Assembly: GCA_950097015.1 (NCBI GenBank)
Contig: CATNEN010000032.1
Span: 1,054,001-1,118,000, forward strand
DNA length: 64,000 nt
Source: Macrostomum hystrix
Lineage: Eukaryota > Animalia > Platyhelminthes
Direction of reading: 5' to 3'
A program made the position numbers and the translations under genes. The notes under the pieces were generated by a model that saw nothing but the letters and a program-made list of their open reading frames with translations, ran no database searches and had not been told where the DNA came from. This document shows positions 21,101 through 31,900 of the stretch, one piece after another (position 1 is the stretch's first letter; each line of letters opens with the position of its first letter).

Positions 21101-23885
21101 GCCTTCTCTCCGCGGCTGCGCCCCAAATGAGTGAGCAACAACTACTTGTAGAAAACAATATCGTTACTCTTAGTACAGTAACTTAGCTCTTTGTTAAACG
21201 TGGGATACCAAAATGAGAAGGCCTCACTTTCAGTCCGACTTGGCCAGTGGCTCCCATTTGGCCGGCCTCTCCGTCCACTCCTTCGAAGCCGACTGCTCCG
21301 CGCTCTCCCTTGGCCCCGCTGTCGCCTTTGGCGCCTCGGGCACCCTTGGCGCCGCTGTCGCCAGCCGACCCGGCCGGTCCCTCCGCTCCAGGCCGGCCCT
21401 GGGGGCCCCTCGATCCGGCCGAGCCTTTTCGTCCGTTTTTGCCCGGATCTCCGGGGTCGCCTTTGTCACCGGGCGAACCGCCGGCCCCGGCCAACCCGGG
21501 CGATCCGGGCTGGGCGGCGGCTCCTGGTCGTCCGAGGTCACCGGGCGTGCCTGGCGGGGCGGGACGTTCGAGATTCATGACCTCGCAAATTTCATTAAAT
21601 GATTAGCAAAACTCCGTCTGGCAGAGGGTCGAAACAAAATCACCTGTCGCGCCGCGCTCCCCAGGCCAGCCCTTGGCTCCCTTGGCTCCGGAGCTCCCCT
21701 GCGGCCCGGTCGGTCCCGCCGTTCCTGTCTCGCCAGCTTCGCCTTTGATACCCGGCGTTCCGGCGGCTCCATCGGCTCCGGCCGCGCCAGGCGCCCCAGT
21801 CTCGCCGCCCTTGCCAGTTGGACCCTTTGGTCCGGGCGCGCCCTTGGCGCCAATGGCGCCGCGCTGGCCGGGTGCACCGCGCAAGCCTTTCGTGCCTTCG
21901 CCGCCCGGCTGGCCGACTGGTCCCGGCGGCCCGGCAGGTCCCGGGGCGCCGGCAGCACCAGGCGGGCCCTGGGCGCCTCGGCGGCCGTCGTCTCCGCTCT
22001 GACCGGCCTCGCCAGCGGCACCGGGCACTCCGGGATCGCCCGCCGAGCCAGGCCGGCCGTTGAAGCCTGCGGTGCCTTGGTCGCCTTTGTCTCCGTTGGC
22101 GCCGGCAGCTCCAGCGGTCCCGTTGGAGCCCTTGTCACCGGCGCTGCCAGGCATACCCATCGGTCCCCCGTCTCCAGGCGAGCCCGGATACCCGACAGGA
22201 CCGGAAGGTCCGGTTGGGCCCTTGTCGCCCCGCTGCCCGGGCGGCCCGGCGTCGCCTTGCGGGCCCAGCACTCCGTCGATGCCGTCCAGGCCCGGATAGC
22301 CGTTGATGCCGGGCTCGCCAGGCGATCCTGGCGGGCCGGGCGTTCCGGTGTCGCCCTTCTGGCCGGCCTCGCCTGGAGGAGCCACCAGGGGCAGGACGGA
22401 GCCGGCCGAACGGGAGCGGAACACGGGGCCCTTGGCACCGCTGGGCGCAGGTGGCAGCTGCGTTTCAAATGTAGGCGGCGGATGCGGGTGACTTTATTCC
22501 CAGTCCATTTTCTGTACTAAAAACATACCGCCCCAGTTCTCCACAGCCTTCCATCCCGACGCCAAAACTGCAGCGGACGTACCGGCGGAGGTTGGGTCCT
22601 GCGAGGCGTTGTCGTCGTCGGTCTTCTCGTAGTAGTGGTCGTAGTTGGAGTTGTAGTGGTAGTTGGTGTTGTAGTAGTAGTCGGCGTTGTAGTAGTTGTT
22701 GTTGTTGGTGTTGTGGTTGTTGTAGTAGTAGTTGTTGTTGTTGGCGTCGTAGTTGTTGTAGTTGTTGTAGTTGTTGTCGTAGTCGTCGGTGTTGTGGTCT
22801 GAAAGACGTATGTTATTAGTTAGAAAGAAACGATCCACAATTGCTGTAGAATAGTGATAATAAAAAGTAAAAGGCTAGTTAAAAGTGCACTCACAATCGG
22901 TTTCGGTGTAGTGAAGAGCACTGGCGGTGATGGCTCGTCTACAATTTGAATCAATGCAATTATGTAAAAGCACGCTTAACCACATGGACTCCACATGTTC
23001 CCCTCCTGCCGTCTGGTTCTCACCGACGCAGACGGGGCAGCACTCTCCGGGCAGGGTCTCCAGCCGGCTGCAGTCTCGCACCGGGCTGCACTTCCGACTC
23101 TGGCAGGCGACTGAGCTGTTGCGGCAGAAGCAGATCTGGCACGGCTGTCCTGTGTCTATAGCGTCGCCATGGTTATACTCGATGCCGTTGTAGCTGCACT
23201 TGGCGCTGGCTGAAAGCGTATCATTGTTAGAGAAGGCTGGGTTGAGTGGAGGGCCAGGTTTTGATTTTGATCTTGAGGAACAGTGAGAATGCGATTCAGG
23301 GTTTTTTGGAGTGGCGAGGTGGGAAAACTGACAGGGTTTAGCTTGGGGTTTAAACAGTAGTAATAACGGAATGAGGGTGTTGAGTGGTGAGGCGTGAAAA
23401 CATCACAGGGTTTTAACTTGGGGTTTAAACATCAGTTAGAATAGAGCGGGGGTGTTGAGTTGCGAGGTGTGAAAAAGTGGCAGGGTTTTAAACTGGGGTT
23501 TAAACGTCAGTTAGAATGGAGTGGGGGTGTTGAGTTGCGAGGTGTGAAAAAGTGGCAGGGTTTTAAACTGGGGTTTAAACGTCAGTTAGAATGGAGTGGG
23601 GTGTTGAGTGGCGTGTTTATGATAAAGGGCTGCTTTTCTTACTACAAACAGTAAGGAGTCTTGAGTGAGTGCACCATGACGATAAGAAGGGATATCATTG
23701 AAATGAACAGGGCTCGCTTAGTTTAGGCATTGCCGTAGTTTTTAGTCTGATATTTATTTCCTAAAATGGATAATTTAAACGGCTTCTTGAGAAACTGGCA
23801 AGACACTAAAGTACATCTCACCCATGGCGCAGAATACTCCAGACAGCAGCAGCAGCAGCAGCATCGGTGACAATAGTTGTTGCAT
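15160..23885 (-). CDS. Fibrillar collagen alpha chain (signal peptide, VWC, Thr-rich linker, ~1010-aa triple helix, COLFI C-propeptide), ~1464 aa
   Basis: Fifteen phase-consistent GT-AG exons: 23822-23885, 23024-23209 (VWC), 22895-22938, 22529-22798 (poly-Thr), 21644-22457, 21228-21550, 20570-20722, 19822-20235, 19525-19632, 18936-19109, 17756-18343, 16878-17363, 16319-16714, 15918-16136, 15160-15315. COLFI motifs GRTCAQL, YWLDPN, GETCV, DGCK, LLPVRDI, FGFEIGLVCF*. Confidence 0.93.
15400..15760. repeat. Intronic minisatellite, ~57-bp unit, ~6 copies (last collagen intron)
   Basis: GAGCGAGAAGATAAATAGTCTGAGGTTTGGAGTGAGGTGGATGTAGGGGTAGGAATG repeated. Confidence 0.9.
17388..17690. repeat. Intronic minisatellite, ~47-bp unit, ~6 copies (collagen)
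   Basis: GTGGGGTGGGTGCTCGCGGGGGTAGGAAGTGAAGTTAGACAGCTGGT repeated. Confidence 0.92.
18466..18715 (+). mobile_element. CORE-like SINE, copy B (collagen intron)
   Basis: Reverse complement of 12241-12512 with a partly deleted head: CACTTTACTCTGTACTGCTTCAGTTCACCAAGCT..GGTACCAGCATTAGCTGGG..GCTGTGCTGTCGGCTGCACA. Confidence 0.7.
19200..19335. repeat. Intronic minisatellite, ~31-bp unit, ~4 copies
   Basis: GATAATTTCCTGTTGGATCAATGATGATGGG repeated. Confidence 0.85.
20901..21070 (-). mobile_element. ~170-bp retroposed element (A-tailed), copy 1
   Basis: Highly similar to 26910-27081. Preceded on + by a T-run, i.e. an A-tail on the minus strand. Confidence 0.6.
23300..23610. repeat. Intronic degenerate tandem repeat, ~75-bp unit, ~4 copies (first collagen intron)
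   Basis: GAGGTGTGAAAAAGTGGCAGGGTTTTAAACTGGGGTTTAAACGTCAGTTAGAATGGAG... repeated. Confidence 0.8.
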
Positions 23886-25194
23886 TTTGCTAGCCGCAGT
23901 AGTCACAAGCCAGTGGCTGCCTCTGCCGCTGGATGGGATTCTGCTCGAGAGATTCCGAGTCTAAATCCCCCAGAAATACAGTCTAGGAATTGAGCGCGCG
24001 GCAGGGCAGGGCGTTTAGGTAGAATGAATCCGATAGCGGCCCTGTCCAGCGATAATATCCTCGGCTGGGCTGCGGCAAAAGGGGAAGGAAGGAAGCAGAA
24101 ATCTGTGAAGGTTGCTGGAGGCTTCGAATCGTTGCTGCATTTTCGCGTCTCACCCAGTGTTTTCGCCCGTACCGTCAGACAATCAGTGGGTTTTGACGTC
24201 TTGCGTCCATTGTACGCCCAAGTCGCTTCATCCTTCGCGGCGCTCCTGAAACCCCGTTCAGTTTTGGTACCTCTCAGTCCTCCTCTCTCCCATCCACTGT
24301 GTGTGTACATGCATCAGGCCGCAACGCTAGCTGCTGCTGGGCAAAGAACCGGCATACACCAACAGTTTTCTGCGTTAGAAGGGCCGCAGAGCTCCACAAG
24401 GCTGGACCCCCTAGCCACCGCACCGCGGCCAGCGGATGTTTAGTAAGTGCGCCCAGTACTTACCTGGCCTTCGCTGCCAGTCAGCCCAGCTGATCCACAG
24501 TCCGGGCAGACTGATGGCATTCAACTACATCCCAACATCACCCTTCGCCGGGTGGGACAGACATTTTTTAACAGAACGAGCGGCCCTTCCAGCGGGGTAA
24601 GGGAGAAATATGAACTTCTGGACTGGCGGCCATAGAATCCACTGCCCGGCGACTGGCTTAGAGAACTCTTTTCGATCAAGCGGAAGGATGAATGCTGTTC
24701 TAGAGTGGCTACTGACCAACCATGCAAGTAAGTATTATATAGTACTAACTGTGTCACCTAAGACAATCCTAGGATAAATGACATCGAACCTGAAGGACCA
24801 ATGAAATCGGCACTGAAAGACTAGAATTCAAGAAAATACCAAAAGATTCTTGAAGATTAGAAAGCAGTACTAAATTTTTGCAGCCGTTGGTCTGAATTCT
24901 GTCATCACTTGAAGCCAATCTACGAAAAATGAATCAATCTTTGAGACTGTGCAGGGCGAAAACGATTAAAATCAACAATTTGTTAAAAACGAAGCATTTG
25001 CTCACTTAGTTAATGTATTTTGTCAATGCCAGTTAACAAAGCAAATAAATTAAGAAGACATTTCGCACAGACAAAAGCAGCTCTGCTCATGATTGGTCAC
25101 TTTACGACACGGAAAACTGGCAAAGAAATCAAGCTAAATTTATAGAACGGAAAAAACTTGGAGACGCAAAAGGTGCGGGTTTCAGAAAACACAC

Positions 25195-25342
25195 AAAGGG
25201 AGACGGGACAGATGGAGACAGGACAAAGGGAGACAGGACAGAGGGAGACAGGGCAGAGGGAGACAGGACAGATGGAGACAGGACAGATGGAGACAGGACA
25301 AAGGGAGACAGGACAGAGGGAGACAGGGCAGATGGAGACAGG
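25195..25342. repeat. Minisatellite, 15-bp unit GGAGACAGGACA(G/A)A(G/T), ~10 copies
   Basis: Tandem array directly 3' of the COASY stop codon. Confidence 0.9.
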
Positions 25343-25382
25343 CAGTAAAGCCAAGTGACTTCACACAGGCCAGGCAAGTTTT

Positions 25383-28300
25383 TCACAAGCAAGATTGCGA
25401 AGCCGAGTCAGGCAGTCGGTTGTTGAGCAGGAGTCGCCACGCCAGCTCAACCTGAGCCTGAGTTGCATCAGGCTGCCATAGGGTGCAGATTGGCACGGTG
25501 GCCCAGGCCAGACGGTCGGCGTCCGTGAGCTGGGCCGCCAGCCGCGCCTCAGCGGCCTCCTGGCTCAGGCCGTCCCGCTCGGTGAGTCGCCTGGCGGCTT
25601 CGACGCGCGGAATGAGGCAGAGCCAGATCTCGTGGCAGAGGCATTGCCATTCGGCTTCTAGTAGCACGGCCGCGTCAAGCACGACAATGTCCGGCTGGCT
25701 GTGGGTGCGACCGGAGCTTACCGCCTGAGTGAGTGTACGAGTATTTTGAAGGGAAACATTAAATGGTTAGTTTCTTATCAAGTAGATATTATTGTTCGCA
25801 GATCGACCTAACAATAATAATAATAATAATAATAATAATTGCAGCAGGGCTGCGGGCACTGGCAGATCATAAGGTGACACTAGACCCGCAGAGGGATGCC
25901 ACTAGCATCTCACCTCGAATGCCATCCGCCGAATCTCGGGCCAGACGATGTCGTTGAGCCGCTGTCGAGCAGCCGGATCAGCGAACACAATGCCGCCAAG
26001 GGCTTTTCGGTCCACCGGACCTTCAGGACCTTCAGGAGCGATGACGGGTCCGAATTCGGCTAGCAGGCGCCGGTGGCACTCAGTTCCAGGCGCGTAGGCG
26101 GCGTGGCCCAGACGGTCGCAGTCCACAATGCGAGCGCCCAGGCCGGCTAGTCGGCGGGCAACGCTGCTCTTGCCTGAGCCCGAGCCGCCGGTGAGGCCAA
26201 TGATGTAGGGCCGGCCGGGCACCGGTGGTCGCAGCGGGGGCCACAGCGGCTGGCCGAGAAGACGGTAGCGGCCGGTTGATGAGCTCAGCTTTGTCTCTGC
26301 GGACGGCGAGTTTCGGGTGGTTGGTGTCAGAATAGAGGAAACAGTTTCGGGATGGTGGGTTTTAGGTTCGGGATGGTGGGTTTTAGGTTCGGGATGGTGG
26401 GTTTAAGGTTAGGGATCGTTGGTTTTAGGCTAGGGATGGTGGGTTTTATGTTAAAGATGGTGAATTTTAGGCTAGGGATGGCGGGTTTTAGGTTAGGGAT
26501 GGCGGGTTTTAGGTTAGGGATGGTGGGTTTGAGGTTAGGGATCGTTGGTTTTAGGCTAGGGATGGTGGGTTTTATGTTAAAGATGGTGAATTTTAGGTTC
26601 GGGATAATGGGTTTTAGGTTCGGGATAAAGGGTTTTAGGTTCGGGATAATGGGTTTTAGGTTAGGGATAATGGGTTTTAGGTTAGGGATAATGGGTTTTA
26701 GGTTAGGGATGGTGGGTTTTAGGCTAGGGATGGTGGGTTTTAGGTTCGGGATGGTGGGTTTTAGTTTCGGGATAATGGGTTTTAGGTTCGGGATGGTGGG
26801 TTTTAGTTTCGGGATAATGGGTTTTAGGTTCGGGATGGTGGGTTTTAGGTTAGGGGTAATACTAATAATAGTCGCAGGAGGGCTGCGGACAATGGCAGAT
26901 CTTTTTTGATACTAGAGCCGCAGCCTGCGGGGAGGCAATTCTGCCCATTTCGCTGACTCCTGTGCACACACGCACACAGATACCATAAGCAGGCATATGC
27001 TCACACAGGTGTGTACATCTGCACTGACTATCTCATCGTCAGGCAGTGTAGACTCTCACTGTGCCTCGGAGGTTGGCCCTCGACGCGGAATCGAATTAAG
27101 GGACCATGGCGCGAGAAGCAAACGCCTTAACCGCTAACCGCTCTGCCACCGACCCATTTTAGGTTAGGGGTGGTGGGTTTCAGGTTCGGGTGGTGGGTTT
27201 CAGGTTCGGGTGGTGGGTTTCAGGTTAGGTTATTGGGTTTAGGCCTAGGGTTTAGGGATGTATAATTGGGCTTGGGACAATGATCCTAAGATGGTGGATT
27301 TGGTTTCTTCGGCGACAATGGGGTGTGACGGGATGGTAGGTCGAGTGGTCGCTAACCGTTGATAACCGCAGCAGCAGCCGCCCCCTCCTCCTCCTCCTGG
27401 GCGAAGGGCACGCAGTGCACCGGCAGCTCTGGCCAGCCGGCCGCAGCCCGAGCCGAGTTGATCTTGGCGCAGCCTGGAAGGGTCTCCGGGCTGCCAACCA
27501 GGGCCTGGTAGTCCGACTGGCGAGCCGGCGGACCCAGCGGTTCGGTCAGCTGGGTGACGTGATAAACCGGACCGTCCGGCCGGGTGTCGGACAGAAAGTC
27601 GACCACCGCGGCGGCCCGATCCCGGTAGGGCTGGATGAGCTCTGGCAGCAGCTTTCTGGACAGAAGGCCTGGCCCAGTGATGCCGATAGTAAGAACCCGG
27701 CTGGCTAGCAGAGCCCCGGTTGCCAGGAGAATTTTGTGCCCGGAGTGCAGACGATCAAAGGTGCCGCCAAGTGCAACGTTGGCGAATTGATCCGGGCGCC
27801 AGTTGGGATCTGTCAAGTCGGAAGCCGCCTCCTCCTCCGGGTCCAGGGGGTCGTACTCGACCTAGGTTGGATTTTAGTCCGGACATGTGGCTGAACAGTG
27901 AGCCCATCTTTTTCGTTTTTGAGTCTAGTCTCATCGTTGAATCTCGGGGGTATTGTCTCCGTCTCAAATTTCAGGGTCCGAACCTGAAACCCACCTACCC
28001 GAACCTGAAACCCACCTAACCCGAACCTGAAACCCACCTACCCGAACCTGAAACCCACCTACCCGAGCCTGAAACCCACCTACCCGAACCTGAAACCCAC
28101 CTACCCGAACCTGAAACTAACCTACTTGGACCTGAAACCACTTACTTGAACGTGAAACCCACCTACTTGGACCTGAAAACACTTACTTGAACCTGAAACC
28201 CACCAACTTAGACCTGAAAACACCTACCCGATCCTGAAACCCACCTACCCGAACCTGAAACCCACCTATCCGAACCTGAAACCCACCTACCCGAACCTGA

Positions 28301-28917
28301 AACCGACTTACTTGAACCTGAAACCCACCTACTTAAACCTGAAACCCACTTACTTGAACCTGAAACCCACCTACTTAAACCTGAAACCCACTTACTTAAA
28401 CCTGAAACCCACCTACTTAAACCTGAAACCCACTTACTTGAACCTGAAACCCACCTACTTGAACCTGAAACCCACCTACTTGAACCTAAAACCGACTTAC
28501 TTGAACCTGAAACCCACCACCCCAACCTGAATCTCGGTGTCTAATCTGGCTAGTAAGTAGAAGCGCGGACAAAAAAACAGAACTAACGGGGAGAGCCTCG
28601 GCAGTGAGCGGCCGGTGTGCCAAATACCTGGCAGCCATATCCACCGCCTGCCCCGGCGCCATAGTCGGGCAGTCGTGCATGAGCAGGTCACAGGTTCGTC
28701 TGGCATGCTTGGGCCAATCAGAGTGCAGGTACCGCACATCCAGGCCGGGTCTGGCTGGCCGGCTGTAGCAGAGGCCAATAGTGCGCGGGCTGAGGGGCGC
28801 CCGCTCCAGGCAGAGGTACAGCCGGCTGCGGACTCGCTCGCCAGCCAGACGGAGCAGGCGCTCCAGGTGACGCCTAGTGACAGTCTGAGTCACCAAAAGC
28901 AGGCCAGTGTCATGCAT
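25383..28917 (-). CDS. COASY: Bifunctional coenzyme A synthase (PPAT + dephospho-CoA kinase), ~519 aa
   Basis: Phase-consistent exons 28588-28917, 27357-27861, 25914-26296, 25383-25724. N-terminal 'TGLLLV...LYLCL...LDVRYL'; cytidylyltransferase '[16 protein letters not shown]'; DPCK P-loop '[15 protein letters not shown]'; '[14 protein letters not shown]'. An alternative in-frame ATG lies at 28953. Confidence 0.93.
26345..26855 (+). repeat. Intronic 21-bp G-rich minisatellite with TTAGGG-like cores
   Basis: GGGTTTTAGGTT(A/C)GGGAT(G/A)(G/A)T repeated ~24 times in COASY intron 2. Confidence 0.92.
26910..27081 (-). mobile_element. ~170-bp retroposed element, copy 2
   Basis: Matches 20901-21070 and shares the same GGTTGGCCCTC boundary. 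Confidence 0.6.
27160..27255 (+). repeat. Short G-rich array (GTGGGTTTCAGGTTCGGGTG) in COASY intron 2
   Basis: About three 20-bp units plus TTAGGG-like fragments. Confidence 0.85.
27975..28520 (-). repeat. Intronic 21-bp minisatellite AACCTGAAACCCACCTAC(CCG/TTG), ~26 copies
   Basis: COASY intron 1. It is the reverse complement of the 27160-27255 and 26345-26855 family. Confidence 0.93.
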
Positions 28918-31900
28918 GCTAGTTTGCAGTTTAGTGGGCTGCGAAACAGGCATTTAAATCAAGGTACAGGTTGATTTGCCTTGTTTATAAAAGTTCTAAG
29001 ACAATGAAGCACATACAACAGAAACAACTTTCACCATCCAATCATTTCATTAAACAATAATTCATATTTTTACTCACAGGGAGCTGTGCAATGAAAATCT
29101 GCCTTAATTTAAAATGATGCCATATGTATGTTTTTTAAATAACCGATTTAGATTCATGTAACTTCTGACATAAGAGTTTAGTTAATTTGTAACTATATGT
29201 AACAGTCTAAATAGCAGCAATCTCTATGTTGCTAATGTTTACAGTACTGGAATACACACTATAGCTTTCTTTCTTTTTTGCATTTCTTTAAATAAATAAG
29301 AATGTTAATTAAATCTAGTTCTGTAGGACAGCTAAATTAACTTGCTAACAAGAGCATTAGATCAATTGCCCAAGCAAAATTACAATATTAATAAAACAAA
29401 TGAAAAAAATATTATGTCATAGCCATCCTAATTCAGAGACATCACAGAACACATAGATTTAATATTTAAACTTCTCACAGCAAAGCAATAGGATATTTAT
29501 AGGAAATAAAGAAATATAATAAATTACAATCATGACCAAGTTTTTTTTTCATTTATTTAAATTTTACTTATTATTGCCAAGTAAAAACTTCATTTTCAGC
29601 AACTGGTCGAGTTGGTAGTCTTAGAATGCACATGTTTAAATTATTTAACTTTTTTTACGATACAATATTCTTCCATTTGTTATGTTCTAGAACTTTTCTA
29701 CAAGCCTGTTGAAAAATAATCAGCTGAAAATGCAGAAAAACCTATAATATTCTCACATCTTACAATATGCTTTAGTAACAATTTTTGTAGTAAGAAGTAA
29801 ACTAAATGTCTTTAGCGTAAACCGAAGACAGCGATCAACACAAAAAAAAGATATTTTTATTCTAATGAGAGCCAACGCAACAAAGAGCTACTTAGGCCTA
29901 AAGTATAAAAACGTGCCTCACTTTATTTACTAAAAGCACAAATATAATTGTCTAAATATAAAAACCTTTTAAACAGAACATCTTGTCCGCACATTTATGT
30001 TTAGTGTTGAAGATAGGTAATTGAGAGCTTTTGTATATTGGATTCTAGATAACACAAAAAAGCTTGTAACCCTACGTTGGTCCACTTATCCGACGATCAG
30101 ACATTCTAGGAAAATATTGGATTCGAGCTACGATATTAGGAATAATTGATTTTAACAATTTCACAACATTTTCAGTTGAATACTTAATTTATATAAAACT
30201 TTGCTCAATGTAGAATCATAATAATGTTTTATGTATACTGAATTGTTTTTACAGAGGAGTTGTTAGACGTTTAACGTTGAGTGGCTATCTATTTTAACAC
30301 AAGAATTGTTGCACTTTACTACGGTTCAGATAACAAGTTTCCAGTTGCAGCTTTTGCTGCGGTTTTTATTTCTTTCATTTTCCTAAAGAAGAAGAAAAAT
30401 TTCACCGCAACGAGAAAGAGAGCGGGGGTAAGTTTTCAGTCACCTTGTTATTGACAATAAGAATGCTAGCATACATTTTATATAACTTTACACCAACTAA
30501 AGTTGCTAACTGAACATTACAGTTTGTTCGAATACGTGCTAATATAAATCTAGAAAGTTGTTAGTCATTAGAAAATGAATCTTAATTTCATTTTAATCGT
30601 GGTCATATTTTATACATTTTTACTAGCTAAATTGAAACTGAAATTTATAAGTAAAATAATTATTTTTTCTCTGCTTTACTCACAGCATTGATGTGCATCT
30701 GGCTGAATTCCCATCGCGAATTATTTTCTTCTTATCATCTTTCGTCTATCGGCTATTAAATCTGCTTTGGAGTTGCATGTGATCAGTTTGTTCTAGTGAC
30801 TATGCACAACCACCAAGCCAATATGAAAAGAAAATATTATTCATCGACTTAAAAGTGCTCATAATTTTTGCCACTGAACATTTCTATGTCATAAAAAAGT
30901 TAACAAGCACGCATAATTTATGGTTTCGGCAACTTTTGAACGAAAAAATATTTCTGTCTATATAAAATTTCACATTCTAGAATGTGACAACTGCTACTTA
31001 ACTGAGGGTTGCTACAAATTGATCATTGAAGTTGCGGCATGATACATTAAATAATTGTAGTGATCTCAAAAATGACATGAAAAATGACATCGCTTAGACC
31101 TTTTTGTTGGTCCGTCGCGTCAGCTGACTATTATGAGTAGCATTTCTGAGAATCAAGCCAATTGAGAATTTATATTTTAGCCATATCACTTTTTATGTGC
31201 CGTTTTGATCGCATTCGCGTTCGCTTCGCTGCAAAAAACAGCGGAGTAAATTTTCTAAAGAAACATCCTCAATGAGAGGCCGGTTAAGCTCAAATTTTCT
31301 ACTTTTAGTGCGTCTAATAAAAATACTGCTTCAAGGAGAATTTTTAATTGCTTTCCGAAGCAAGATCTATGTAGACTAACAGTGGCTGCATAACACATGC
31401 ACACACACACAAGGTGTGGGTGGGTAGTGAATTCAGAGCTTGGACTAGCTGCTTACACTATAGAGATCTCTGGGAAAGGTTTATATAGGCTTAACACTGC
31501 GGCATGCATTTGTGAAGCTGCCCTTAGTCTAACTATTCAGCCATGCAGTTTTCAAGGCCTTCCTAGGATAAGCAGCTGCGCGTCTCAATTCCGTCTCTCG
31601 TTCTGTCCCTTCGCATACAAGTCCCGACATGTGCCAAGTTGGCATGGCAACTTAGTTTTTAAAAAAAGAAGTGGCTAAAGAAATTTCATTGCACTTCCAC
31701 GCGTCGAAGACAACCGGCCACCCCGCGCCATTCCGTGTTCCTCTCAGCAGCTGCCATTAACCCGAGAAACAGACTAATGGGTAAGTCAGTGCGGACCCAA
31801 CCCTTTCTCTCCTTCGCTCTGCCTGCCTGTCTTTCTCCCCCTCTCTCCCCCTCTCTTTCTCTGCTTTTGTTGTTCTCGGCGAAAGTGAGCTAGCTTTAGG

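Noticed and set aside
16315-22819. Pro/Gly-rich plus-strand ORFs
   Set aside because: They are antisense shadows of collagen exons.
25097-28530. Repetitive ORFs (LCPVS, GFRLGMV, NLKPTYL, SGSSRWV)
   Set aside because: They are read-throughs of intronic or 3' minisatellites around COASY.
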